This document shows positions 36,796 to 49,640 of a stretch of 64,000 bases of DNA, piece by piece; position 1 is the stretch's first letter; each line of letters starts with the position of its first letter. The notes beneath the pieces were generated by a model. It was not told the origin of the DNA, searched no databases, and was given only the letters and a program-made list of their open reading frames with translations. Source of the stretch: Haplodiscus bocki (lineage: Eukaryota); the NCBI GenBank assembly GCA_965655095.1, contig OZ296654.1:2046001-2110000 (forward strand). The letters are read 5' to 3'. The position numbers and the translations under genes are program-made.

Positions 36796-38447
36796 TGTGA
36801 TGAGTGTGCGGTTGTCAATCAAAAAGTGTTCTTGGAACCGAAAATTTGTCTACCTCATCAGGAAAGTTCTCTCGAGTCTCATCATTTACATTTAATTTAT
36901 GAAATGTGTTGATTCTATCGGATAGGTTTCCAAGCCAGGCAGTAATCCCAATATGTTTAACACATCCTGAAAATGCTGGAAAACTAGCGGCGTCTCATCC
37001 TGAAAATACAATTATTGACCTGACTGCTATTTCAATCCTCGGAATGATAATATTATCAATCGCTGTCAAAATTGCGTTCTGGATTCTATTCTCTACCGTT
37101 TCAGCGTTATTACTCATTGCCCTATCAATCCTATCAGTTAGGCATCATTCCAATGTTTGAACATTCATCGTATTCTCATTGGTTGTTGAAATACCATTGT
37201 TACTATTAACAGTATATTTCGGTCAACTGGACTGCTGTTGACCACAACATTTTGCCTTCCGCTGCTTACAGCGTCACCAAAAATAACGTCTCGATCAATG
37301 TCATCTAACTGGCTAAGAAGCCTTCTGTTTTGCTGCCTCTTCTTTTAAGTCGAAACCATTTTTACTTTACCAGGTGAATTACTTCCAAAACAATAACGAA
37401 TAAATCGAGCAAAACAGTTTACAACAAATCGCAATCAATCAATCTTACAATTGAAATCGAAAGTTTTCAGTTTCGTCGATAGTTTTGGGTGACTGGTTTA
37501 CAGAGATGCTCTTGGAATTTTAAAGTCACATCAGGTCAACGCTGGGTCGCGGTTTCTTTTTGTTGACTTTTGGATTCGGCAACCAATCACGGTACTCAGC
37601 TTGTTGACGTCATACCTGTGACTGTGATTAAATTGAAGATCATAGCAACTATGCCGGTTTTGCAAAACATAATTATGTTATCGTTCTAAAAATAGCAACC
37701 GTTCGAAACATCAATGGAAAAATGCCGAAGAATTATGACACGCAAAAATTAGTTATGAAAATCCAAATGAACGAGTAGGGTAAAAATAATGCAAGAGGGA
37801 GCATGATTACATGCGTGATTTGTGTTGTGAAAAATCAGATACAAAGGACTTGAATTTTTTAAAGATTTTTGAAGACTTTCATTGAAATGGTTAACCAATA
37901 TGTGGTTAGGTTTCCGGTCAGAAGGACCGGTTGTTGACGTTGTATCTTTGATTGCGTTTCAATCGTCGTTAGTTTATGTCACTGTGACGTTTTGGCGTGA
38001 TACGATTTTATATGAATTGCAACTACTAAATTACTTGGTCATAGTGACCTGTGGAGGCGCATGTCTTTTTGGTTAGCATGGGTAAAATGATATAGAGAAT
38101 TTCATGCCATTAGGACTTATTTATTTCTGAATACTTTCAAATGTGTTTCTTTGTATGTGTTAACTGGACGATTAGTACTGCACAGGAATTTTCATAGCAC
38201 AGATGATTTTGTTTGACTGTACTCGTGAGATTGAATTGAATTTCAAATTTTTTGGTCTTAAGGCAGTCATTAGTACCGTTTTGTGACCAGTCGAGCTTTT
38301 CAGTGAATAGTTACTTGTCATAAGCATTGGTTGGTTAGGCATAAAAGTAATAGATAGCTATGCGATTGTACATTTACGTATGCAAACAGCTTTTCTAGTG
38401 ATCCCTCAGATAGTAGTGATCAAACTCCAGTCGTTAGTGCTACGTTT
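36796..38447 (-). mobile_element. Probable solo LTR carrying an ORF start; its 5' end probably lies in the N-gap
   Basis: Decayed ORF MVST*KKRQQNRRLLSQLDDIDRDVIFG (ATG 37359) runs to ...QPHTHH and ends at TCACA (36800-36796). CCAAT/CRE-like motifs lie upstream at ~37580-37612. The other terminus and TSD are not visible. Confidence 0.5.
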
Positions 38448-38647
38448 NNNNNNNNNNNNNNNNNNNNNNNNNNNNNNNNNNNNNNNNNNNNNNNNNNNNN
38501 NNNNNNNNNNNNNNNNNNNNNNNNNNNNNNNNNNNNNNNNNNNNNNNNNNNNNNNNNNNNNNNNNNNNNNNNNNNNNNNNNNNNNNNNNNNNNNNNNNNN
38601 NNNNNNNNNNNNNNNNNNNNNNNNNNNNNNNNNNNNNNNNNNNNNNN
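38448..38647. other. Assembly gap (200 N)
   Basis: N run. Confidence 1.
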
Positions 38648-39002
38648 GAAAAGGAATGTCGAAGAAGAAGAAAAGTAAGCTGGTCTCAAATTACCCAAAA
38701 AAATTTAATCACATTTTGGGTAGGTAAACTTCAATCTACGCGCTACAGTCTCTTTTTTAACGAGACATAAATTGAAATTCACAGGCAAGCGACAGTTGAA
38801 TATATTGAAACGTTGTCATGGTTTCGTTTCATTAATCTGAAAGACAGAAAAATAATTAAATTCGTTTCCAATGCTTCAAACGGTGAACAGACCTCAATCT
38901 GTGGTCATTTCCGCGGACATGATCATCCCTGAAGTGCATTAAATGCAGAGAAATCTAGTTTGAATTTCTAAATGGTCATTTCAGAACATTTCACGCCTTT
39001 AC

Positions 39003-39098
39003 GTTTTTGTTCATGCCCGCTGATGAAGAAAATACGCAAAATGTTTGTGAACAGAGCCTGAACACTTTTAAAGGCCACTGTAATCTTTGAGCTGCTAC
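39003..39098 (-). CDS. Candidate host exon (VAAQRLQWPLKVFRLCSQTFCVFSSSAG...), ECL3/TM7-like; donor uncertain
   Basis: Acceptor ttttgcatccccaag. Phase 0 follows exon 39587-39897. The PLLG-to-AG spacing is similar to the PLLG-to-QG spacing of class B GPCRs. Confidence 0.3.
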
Positions 39099-39586
39099 CT
39101 TGGGGATGCAAAAGCTTTTTAGTGTCTAAAACAACAAAAGAAATCGGAAAAAAAATCAGGATTAAATCGTTTTATTGTTTTCAAAATTTTGTTGTTAAAA
39201 GCTACATTGTTTTGTTGATGAAAACAAAGAAAAATCTACATTTGCCAGACAAAATGCGTCGTTTAATGTACTAAATGGTCAAAAAGGCACGCCGGATTGC
39301 TATAATCATTCCTATTTTCGAAGAAGGATTTCAGAGAACAAAATAAATAAGAGAACGGCCCAAGTAAGCGCAGTATTTAAGGCTCAAAATAAACTTGATA
39401 AACCTTTCACTGTAAAACTGGCGCGTACCATATTACATGCAGAGCTCATGCAAAAGGGCTCCATACGCAGTTAACCCCCTTAATACAGGTAATTTTACCA
39501 GCATCTATGTAGGAAATTTGCCTTGATTTACGGTGTTGTATTTTTCAAAATCTGTGATCTTTTCATTTCGCTTTCCTCAACCCCAC

Positions 39587-39897
39587 CCAATTAAGAGCGT
39601 ACACACTTCCGAGAAGAGGTAGCAGGGAGGCCATATGATCCACAAGGAAATTATATACCGAATAGGTTCGATGGATCCTTTCGCGTACAATTGATTGGTT
39701 TTCTGACAAGATAGCGACTGCGTTATTGCTTGAACCGGGCAAGACTTCGTTACTCTTGCTGCTGTGATTGCAAAAATCTACTGTTTTTGAAGCTGCTGGA
39801 CAAAAACTCGTTTCATCCAAAAACTTCAACTTACACTTTTTGTTCCGCAATCGCCACAAATAACTACTGCCTTTGGAAATAACTAGTGCAAGTAAAA
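39587..39897 (-). CDS. Candidate host exon resembling class B (secretin/adhesion) GPCR TM5 end, ICL3 and TM6
   Basis: Within ORF 39563-39925: LLALVISKG...ASLLPLLGSVYALNW. LLPLLG is the class B TM6 signature. Acceptor ttcattcag; weak donor GTGGGG. Confidence 0.45.
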
Positions 39898-40805
39898 CTG
39901 AATGAACCAATATAAAAGAACACACTCAATGACAACGAAAATTTCGTATCAAACTGCCATCTGCTTTATTTTTGACACTAGTTTTCCGCACTTCGACTTA
40001 TTTCCAAAATACAAATTGTACAGAAGTATCGTTCGTGACTATTTCAGAAGACTCTCCTTTGGAGCGAGCTCAATAGACGAAAAGAAAAAAAACCAAAGCG
40101 TCCAGTAGCTTCCGACTTTAAACTCTCTTATGCTGGATTTTCATTACCAGGCTAACATGGAGCAAAAAATCCAAGATAAATTTCAACTTTAAATTTACGT
40201 TCCAAAGATTGCACCCTGAATTTCATATCTAGGAACAAGAGAAATGTTGTCGCGTTAAAACTAAGGCTTAAGCAGATATATTATATTTCTCAGATACGTG
40301 CAGTAAGCTATTAAACGGGAAATGACTAATGTTTAACAAGAGAACTGCAGACGTTGTTGACTAACCTGGGAGCTGCGGGACGGATAAAATAATATGCAAT
40401 ATAAAAGAAAGCTGAAAAGATTGGAGTTGCACAAAGGAAGGAAAAGGAATATTTCTAAATGCGTTGGAATGTGGTTCAACGCATTGACTCAATATTCAAA
40501 TTCAGACATGCACCATGCTTGCAAGATCACGTGACTGGTCACCTGGTATAAATTCATTTTGTAGCTGGTACAGGAAAGCGGCCCGATCATAACTTACTTA
40601 CTCGCTTACCGGACGGCTTACTTCTCTTACCTTACCTTACTCTCTTACCTTACTCTCTTCTTGCTTTACTCTCCTGTTCCCTTTTACTGGGATAAATCTA
40701 ATTAAAAATTCTCTTCTCCCTTCTCTTCGGACAAAAATATTCCAAGTCCCATCTTCCTTCTGACCTAGAAAAAATTCCTCCTTCTTTCTTCAACTTCAAT
40801 AATCT

Positions 40806-41033
40806 TGCCATCGGAGTATAAACGGTGTCTTCTAACACTAGCTTCGGTATTAACGTGTGCTGATTCCGTGGATGAACTTCGGCTCTGAAACAACAGCGAA
40901 TCTTAATTTGCACGACTCCTGCCATCGGAGTATAAACGGTGTCCACTAACGCTAGCTTCGGTAATAGCGTGTGCCGATTCCGCTGACGAGCTCCGGTTCG
41001 GAAGCATGAGTGGATCTCAAACTGCACGACCCC
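40806..41033. repeat. Tandem duplication, 2 x 114 bp
   Basis: tgccatcggagtataaacggtgtc at 40806 and 40920. Confidence 0.9.
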
Positions 41034-41416
41034 TACGAGGTTCCTAGGAAAGAAAGTTGACTGTACTCATAGATCAATTCTCACCTCGTCTGTGTCCGTG
41101 GCATTTAGAATTCATTCTAAATTGCAAGATACTTATTAAATATGCAGAAACCGTCCCTTTTCCAAAATTCAAACTGTTCCTACCGACTAGATAATCTTCA
41201 TTGACATTGCTATTTGCAGCGCTCTCCTATTGGTCAATTACTCGATTGCTATATAACAGGGTATAAATACCCCGTACTCTCTCATACTATTCATTCGCTT
41301 GCTACTACCAACTAGCCTATTTCCACGAGGCGAAACTCTTCCGCTTTCCTCTCATCATAATTTTGGCATTCAATCATCATTTGTCTTAACCAAATTTCCT
41401 CATCACCTCGGCGAAG

Positions 41417-41685
41417 ATATCCAAAGAATTTTTCGCCTGCAAAATTGTCTTAGCCGCAAATCATCAAAATCCTGGATAGATTCAAAAACTTTTGCGCCTG
41501 CAAAATTGTCTTAGCCGCAAATCATCAAAATCTTGGAAATATTCAAAGACTTTTTCGCCCGCAAAATTGTTTTAGCCGCAAATCATCAATGTCCTAGAAA
41601 TATTCAAAGACATTTTCGCCTGCACAGTTGTCTTAGCCGCAAATAATCAATGTCCTGAATATGTTCAAAGACTCCCTCGCCAGCA
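41417..41685. repeat. Minisatellite, ~4.3 x 61 bp
   Basis: cgcctgcaaaattgtcttagccgcaaatcatcaa recurs at 61-bp period, with units starting at ~41431, 41492, 41553 and 41614. Confidence 0.92.
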
Positions 41686-44600
41686 GTGAAGCAGCAAGTA
41701 GTATCCCAGCCGCAATCAGCAACCATCCAGCAACCAGCTGCAACCAGTAGCAACCATCAGTAATCAGCAGTAATCAACAGCAGCGAACATCAACACGACC
41801 GATGCCAGCTTCTAACGTAAAAGACCATATGGCAATTTCCCCCTATGCTATCTTGCGTTCACAACCTCAGACAAGGCTCAGTAATTCCCCTCTCCCATAC
41901 GTGCAGTCATATTTCCTCCACGGTTCAACATGTTGACTTGTCACTGTTTATAATTTAATATTCTTTTGTACTCTTCTTTATAGCTCACAAGTCCTTGCCT
42001 GAAATCACGCAATCCCTTTGTTCGCACGGTTAAGCAAGGCACGTTAGTGAGACTTTTAAATAATAGCCGTCGCTACAACGCAGCAGTGCTGACTGAGTCA
42101 ACCGCCTGCACAACTAAGTAAATAATATATTTGCAATACCTCTACCACGTGCGACAATGTCTCCCGAACTGGCAAAAGTTTCAACATTTTTATTGAAGTT
42201 TTTTTATCAATCCGAGAAGGATAAAATAAATTGAGCGAGTTTTAGAAACAAGGAAGGTGGGGCAAAGAAACTGATTCCGTTTTATTTTACTTGAGCGATC
42301 GTTCTGCAGACTCTTGCCGCTGTTTGTCCCGTTTCTAATTCTCGTGCTCTCTCCTCCCGTTTTCTGCACTTGTGCACACATCTCTCATTCTTATCACTCA
42401 GAACGTTGCCTCAGAACGTTCATCACGCCGAAAGTTGCCATTGCCTTCATTAAAATCAGTCACCGACACGTAGGAGCACCAAAAAAACAGCGACCTACTC
42501 AGAGGGAGCTTTCTCTATCTTGCAGAGTCATTTAACAAACTAGCAGGTTCTCAGGGATAAAAATCCTTCCCTAATGAACAAAACCACTCGAAAACGTTTT
42601 TAAAAACGGAGAAAAAACCCAAAAGATAGTAGTGTTCGGTTAAAATCAACAGAGCGTGTCAGACATCCCCGAAGTTTGTGTTTGGTTTTGATAGATTGTG
42701 TACGTTTTGCCACCTTATATGCTCATTTCCTCCGCTGAAAAAAATCAATAGATAGGTCCCAAAGACAAAAAAGACTCACGCCGTCGTATTGCGATTTTTG
42801 TGGTTTTCTATCCAATCTGAGACTTTCTGACTGAGTAAGAAAACATTGAGCGGGATCGAATAAAGAGCAAAAAGATTACTTCTGCTGCCTGGACATGCTC
42901 ACGAAGCTGTTAGAATGTGACGAGACCAAAACTTTCTGATACGAAAACCACTTGGAAAACTCAGTTTGACCAAACTAGATTTTGACCTTTTTCCTTATTT
43001 CGGAGTGACTATTGTACGTGATGAAAATCTTCCTGCTTTTCTGAGTGACCTTAAACTTTTGAATTTGGTTTTCTAAGAAGCTGAAAAAACGTTTCTGATG
43101 GATTTTTCCGATACTTTGGCTTTTCGATGACATCGTACAATTTGAAACACTTTGATTTTTGGGGCTGCTTCCAGACAAGACCGTTTTTCGGTTTTACCGA
43201 AGTTCCAATGCCCACTGCTCTGAAAGGAAAACCGATGTCGAAAAGGTCCTAAACTGTTTTTTGGAAAACTTCTTTTGATATATTAGTAAGCTCAGTTTCG
43301 CCGACACTCTCAAAACCATGATTTGGGAAAAGATAGAACGATCCTGTGAAAAATTGGCTTTTTGTTACCTCAGTGAACAAAATTTAATTTTGGCAGCTTC
43401 CAAAACTCATGGAGCGCGAGCTTGGCCGGCTGAAAGATCTCCTTCACAATTTTAATTTAAATCTCCAACCATCTTAATTGAGCTAGTTGCCGAAATATTA
43501 TTACACTTTGCATTTCGGAATTGTTTGGAGCAGAAGTGTCACCTTGCAAAAAAAACATCTAAAAATTTTTCGATTTTCCCGATTCCCATCAAAATTTGAA
43601 TATAGGTTGACTATAACCGGAACTTAATGTGGTACAAAGTGGACCTTGATGGCGTCAGTAATCATGGGGAAATGAGACTTTGTGATAATTTGAATAAAAA
43701 ACGTTTTCTTATTTTGTTTTTAGCTTGAAAATATCACAACATTGTTTTTCACCATATAAATAGTTTACCACTTGCGTGTTTGTAACATCGTTAAAAAGGT
43801 ATTCACAATTAGTTTATCATGATGTGCTCCGTTTTTTGATAGCTACAATCAGCTACGATAAATAGGTGTTTTTCGCCGAAAAAGCAGGCAATTTTTTAGC
43901 TTCTAATTTTGTGCCTTGGAGGTGTATGAGTCTGAACAACCGGAACGAGTTGGCAGCAATTGGAGCCTATTTAGTACACGTTCGCAAGTCTGTACGAGGC
44001 TGTGTAGCCTACTAAGTTGGTCGTATAACGATTAGAGCATTTATCTTGCGGCGAAAAGCTGACGCAAAATGATGCGGTATCCAATTATTAACTGAAGAGC
44101 AAAATTCCCTACAGTCTATACGGGAAGCACCTCTCTCAGACCACACGCCATTTGCCTGTGACCGCAAGTAAATGTTCTCCAAATAGCAGGTAATTCACAG
44201 GTGATTTAACCCGCGGTGTGATAGTCTGTACTTGCGGCTCTTATTGCATGTGATCGAAGGAAACTCCTCTCATTCAAAATTTCTACCCGGGTGGGCTCTG
44301 AGGTACTGCATTAAAATAATACATTAAAAAGTGCTGATTAGTTTTTAATGGAAACGTCTGGCAGGCTCGGTACATAACGTCGGGCAACAAATGATTCGGT
44401 ACAGCACCACAGAAAATCCTGCTCTCACCGATTTGTTCGCAGCTTTGTTGCCGGGATCTCATTGTCGGGCTCTGGAGAGTGTGGGAAGTAATTTCTGCGG
44501 AATAACTGCATCTGAAAACATTTAGGCTTAGCCTACTAGCAACTGAAAACCTAAAGTTGCGACGTAAAATAACTGTGTGCTAGAACCTGATGGTCGTCAA

Positions 44601-45949
44601 TATTTACTCTGAGGCTAAAAACTGATTTTCTCAAAAAAATTCCTGGAATGCCCATAATATTGCAACAATTAAGGAGAAAAGTTCGAGTTTCTGATCCTTT
44701 GACATGGAATTCTCTTTTTCGATCGAAAGTTTTCCGGACTTTACATTGTCCATTGCTCATTTGCATGCCCAGCAGGTCAAAAAAGTACCAAAAAGCGGGA
44801 CTTCGAATTTTTCATCCGAAGTGAAAAATTGACTTGGCCGCAAGGTTTCCATTCCAGTTAATTGACGTTTCCTTCGTTGGAAATACGTCCTCGAGCTACC
44901 AAGTCAGCCGAAATTTTTCGATTTTGTGACAACTGCTTCAAGGTAAGTACGCTGGCGTCACATGAATGACAAAGAGCATTCTGGTGGGAATTATCAACTT
45001 TGTAAGCATATGTAACTGCAAGCATTACCTCAGTGCTTGTGGAAATCTGTATCTCTTCACAATGGACGAAATCAAAAAGGCAGCAATTTGCAAACGGCCC
45101 ATGTTGATGATAGTCCGCAGTCTCAAATTACTCGAAGGGGGACGTGTGGTTTTCGATATTTTTCTTAATTTCGGAAAGCATTTACCATCCAAACAAAACT
45201 GCAAAAACAACTATTGGGGTGATATTTTGTCTTTCAAAATGTTCGGCTTCTCAAAAATTTTTGTCTAAACCTACATTTGGAAAAAAAATCTCCCTTACTT
45301 TTGCTTTTGTACCCTTTGGTACGTGTTATGCTCTGATACTGTGTATCTTATTATGTAAAGGAAACACGCTAGTGGTATAATCCTACACAGTTAACCACAG
45401 CCTATCAAATATATCAGCTCACATCGATTGAAAAAAGGACTATCGAATTTGTTTATAGTTGGGGTTGTTTCATGGCGGCGTTGATTTTTAGTCGTCGAAG
45501 GACTTTGTGGAAAAAACGTTGCACGCAAAGGTTACCAGATGTCCTGCGGAAAATTGTAGCGGTAGCTTGTTTGCGATGAGTGAGATGTCAAAGTTCCAAC
45601 TTTATTGAGATTCTCCGTTATTTTACCCCAGTCGACAACGCATGTAATTTTTGTATGATGCTGCTTGTTACCAAAGACTTTCTGAAAGATTTTCAATTAT
45701 TCATATATAAAATTTTTCATGCCTAAATTTCGTCTGTTAAGCTGACATTCTCAACGTACATAGACAGAAAAAAATTGTGATAACGTAGCCAGCCATGTTT
45801 TATGAAGATGTAAACACCAATCAATATCAATACAAGAATGACTGTTTTCCGTCCAAAAAAATTTTGAAATGAAAATATTCAATTCAGTAGTCGGAGTTTT
45901 TTCCTTTTCATGATTTTGCTCATGACGCGCACACTTCGCATACTGCAGA

Positions 45950-46040
45950 GCAGAACAGCTGGTGTATTGTAAAACACCAATGTGTGGGTGTCACCGGGGT
46001 GAACAAGCCACAGGTGGTGGTTCGAATCCCGTTCTCGCCC
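45950..46040 (+). ncRNA. tRNA-derived sequence (SINE-head-like or tRNA pseudogene)
   Basis: A-box-like tggtgtattgt at 45960, perfect B-box ggttcgaatcc at 46019-46029, and gcagaac / gttctcgc end pairing. The central hairpin is oversized. Confidence 0.5.
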
Positions 46041-46829
46041 ATATTTTTTACCCATTTTAAGATACTCGTTCACACATTTTCATGTTTTAAAAGCAAGAAG
46101 AAGGATTTTTTAGACAAACATTTATGGTTTTATGACAAGTGGGTTCTTTCTTTCGCGAAAACAGTTCGTTTCCCAAAGTAGAAGAAAAAATTGATATTTC
46201 TGAATTATTTTCAGAAACTAGAAAAAAAATTTTCGATCTTCCAAAAAAGACCGAAAAAATTTTAAAGTTTATGAATCTGCATTAAAACCTTATTTTAGAT
46301 GTAAATAATTTAATTTCTTTTCAGCTTTTGGGTATGAGTTTTTTCAGCTATCCAAGTTTCTCCGTGGTCATTAAACACGATTTTATTTCGAAAAAAAACT
46401 GTTTTTGAAACTTGTCGTTCTGTGATCCCCAAATTGTTGGAATTGAATACCGAAAAGCGCAATTAGTTTTGATTTTACCTGAAGTTTCAACTCACTTTTC
46501 ACAAAAAAAACAAGTCCCAATTCTTTCATTTGGAAATCAATTGGAAGACTTCCAGGTGTATATGAGTAATTCGTTGAGGAACTTTTGGTTTTGTACCTTG
46601 CATCACAAGTTTGGTAGTCCAAAAAATCTAAAAAGTGCTATGATTTTCGATTTAACTCGATTTTCAAACATGCTTTTCATAGCAACTACAGTTTTAAATT
46701 TCTTCCATCAGAAACTCAATCGAAAATTTCACCCTTGTAAACAAGGTTTTGATTTATTATTCATATAATTCGATATTCGTGTCTTATTCCGGATTGTCCG
46801 ATACTTCCAAGAAGATTCGGATTATAAAA

Positions 46830-48116
46830 TTTCATCTCGATTTCGGAACTCGTATTTTTGAAAAACCTCAGCTTTGATTTCCCCCATGAAAGTCCCAATC
46901 GGAAGCCTCACTCTTATAGAGTAAGCTTCGATTGAAACACCAAGGTATTTTATCTTTGCATCAGAACCCCGATAGCCCAAAAATTCCAATAGTGCAATTT
47001 TTTTATTTATCTTGATATTCAAAACAAACGTCTTTGGAAACAGAGGTTCCCTTTTCAACCATCAATGTCTCAATGGAAAGCATTACAAATGAAGTGGAGG
47101 ATTCGATTGGAAAAGAACCAGAACAGTCCGAAAATTCCAGAAAGTGCTATTGTTATCCCTTCATACCGATATTCGATTTCATGTTTCTCCGTTACTACAC
47201 GTTTAGTTTCTTCCAACAAAGTCTCAATTGAATCCTTTGCATCAACAGAGGAGGATTCGACTGAAAATATTCTCATTTTCCTCCTTGCGTCTTAATCCTG
47301 ATAGTCCGAAAAATTTCAAAATGGGTGCCAATAGAATTCAATTATTTCTGTATTCACAATGATATTTGTTCTTATTGACAGGTTTGATTTCCATCAATAA
47401 GTCTTGATGAACACCTTTACACTCGTACAAGACAAGTCGATTCATCCTTGCATCAAAAACTTGATAGTCCAAAAACTGTAGGAAGTGGTAAAAAAACTGA
47501 TTCATCTCGATTACCGAACTCTTGATTCTTCAAAGCTACATCGACTTCTTCCAGCAAAGTCTCAACCGAAAGCTCAACTTGTGCAGAAGTAACCAATAAA
47601 AATTCCACCTTCTTCATTCCTGCCTCAGAAGTTTGATGCTCCAAAGGTTCCTGATGTGCTTCTAATTTCGATTGATCTACTTACACAACCTCATGTTTTT
47701 CTATAACTTTAGTCTTGGTTTCTTGCAGCAGGGTCTGGATCGACAAATTTACATTTGTAGTGGAGGGTTCGACCGAAAAGTCAAATTTTGAGTTTTTCAG
47801 TTAATACTTCTTTTAGATCGAAACTTCTAAAATGAGCTATTAGTTATGATTCATCACGAGATACAATATGTGTTTCTCCGCTAGTACGACTTCAAATTCC
47901 TCCATCAAGTCCTCAATGGACAAACTTTTACTCAAAAAAGAGTTTTGGATTGAAACGCATTGATTTGTTCTTTGCGTTGGAAACTTCAGAGTTTGACTGC
48001 TGTTTTTTCAAGGCCAAACAACTGTTAAGAGTTTGATAATTTGTTTTATTTCTTCTCATAGTTTTCCATAACCATTGACTTGATTTCTTCTGGAGGTTTC
48101 AATTGCGAACTCTTTT

Positions 48117-48160
<44 letters not shown>

Positions 48161-48930
48161 GACAGACGACTCGATTATAAAGTTTTTGACTTTGTTCTTT
48201 GCGTCGGAAGCTTGAAAGTCCGAGAATTCCGAAATGCTCCTAATGTTGACAAATCTCTATATTTCAACTCATATTTCGCGATTAATCCAAGCTCAATTTA
48301 TTCCACCAAGGTCGCAATCGAAACATTTCCGCTTTTTGAGGAGAATTGGGTTCGAAAAAGTATCAATGCCATTCCTGTTTTAGAATCGTTGTAGTTCGAA
48401 AACACCGGAAATATTTTAATAAAAACTCATCTCGATTTTAGACTCGTGTTTCTTTCAAACAGCTGACCTGATTTCTCCCCTCGAAATCTCAATTTAAATA
48501 CATTTTTTTGTGTTGCATTAATCCATTCGAAAGTGTTGCTTTTCTTCCTTGCAATTGAATCCTGATGGACCAGAAATGTCAGAAAGTGCTGTTTGTCTTC
48601 AATTGACTCGATATTCAAAGTCGATTTGGCGTCCCCGTCCCGATTGACAGGAAGTAGCAAAAGCATTGAATTAGTAGTATTGAATTGTCTCCTGATTCCA
48701 ACTCGTCCTTCTCGGAAACTGCAGATTTGATCTCTTCTATCAATCTCTGAATTGACGGTGATTTATAGTTTCAAATTTTTCTTTGATAAAATAGCCTGTG
48801 ATTCCGTAGACTGAAATGTTGATCTGCTGAACATGCGAAAAGATCCAATGAGTATTCTTATTTTGTCTATTTTCAAACTCATAATTCCTCATTCCAATCG
48901 GCTTGAATTCCTCGGACAATGCTTTCATTG
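46830..48930 (-). repeat. Ancient ~155-180-nt tandem array encoding a decayed peptide repeat
   Basis: A core similar to ttcc-a-caa-gtctcaat recurs at ~46892, 47067, 47221, 47401, 47559, 47733, 47909 and 48311. Peptides SIETLLEE..KHEIEYRYE and SVETLLEE..NQEFGNRDE. Confidence 0.65.
48124..48156. repeat. (CT)n microsatellite
   Basis: Directly visible. Confidence 0.95.
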
Positions 48931-49479
48931 AGATTTTTTTGTCGATATTGGGTTATTTGTAAAAATGATTTGTTGCATGTTCGATCAATTTTTTATACGC
49001 GACATTTTGACGAAAAATATTGCAGTGCGATTGGGCCTCTTGTATTTTGTCAAATAAAACGTCTGCGATAGCGCGTCCAATAATGTAATAATGTGAACGC
49101 GGAAATTAGAAGGCAAATACCGGCCATTCTTGGGAGAAATTCTTACAAAAATATTTGGGAACTAATTTTAATTGCCTTTCTCATCTATGCCGTAGGACTA
49201 TTCACCACACCCTCCTTAGGATAAAGCTTCTGGAGGTCAGTCATTTCTTGTGTTTGCACCTTTCAAGTCGGAAGTTTCAAACAATTTTGAAGTTGATCAG
49301 ATTAGCGTGTAGAGTTACTCAGCAATACAATGGTAACATCATGCTTACTTTGTACTGGCGTGTAAATAGGCCCAAGAAGTCTATTCTTCTGATAACTCAA
49401 ACTTAATGTTGACCTCTTGAGCTCTATTTTTCTCCAATGTATATGACTTGCAATTTACAATGAGACAAAGTTTGGCCAA

Positions 49480-49640
49480 CTTATTGGAAAAAAATGATCC
49501 AAGATTTGTCCTTTTTGAAGGGATATCATCCATGATCATCCATGAGTCAACCGTGGAATGGTTCTCGGCATGGCGAGCCATGGGCCATGGATGAATCATG
49601 GATAAATCATAGGTGATTATCCACGAATGGTCAACGTGGG
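49480..49640. repeat. CATG-rich element related to the one at 7116
   Basis: ttggaaaaaaatg start, CCATG/CATGG subrepeats, and end ...aacgtggg. Confidence 0.4.

Larger units (their letters stand above)
40248..42077 (+). mobile_element. Probable solo LTR (~1.8 kb) with internal tandem repeats
   Basis: Termini TGTCGCG...CGCTACA with flanks atgt / acgc (poor TSD). ATTGG at ~41230 and gggTATAAATAccc at ~41259-41272. An alternative start TGTAGC lies at 40560. Confidence 0.5.

Noticed and set aside
41417-41685. CRISPR-like periodic array
   Set aside because: Whole 61-bp units are similar with no unique spacers, there are no cas genes, and the context is eukaryotic.
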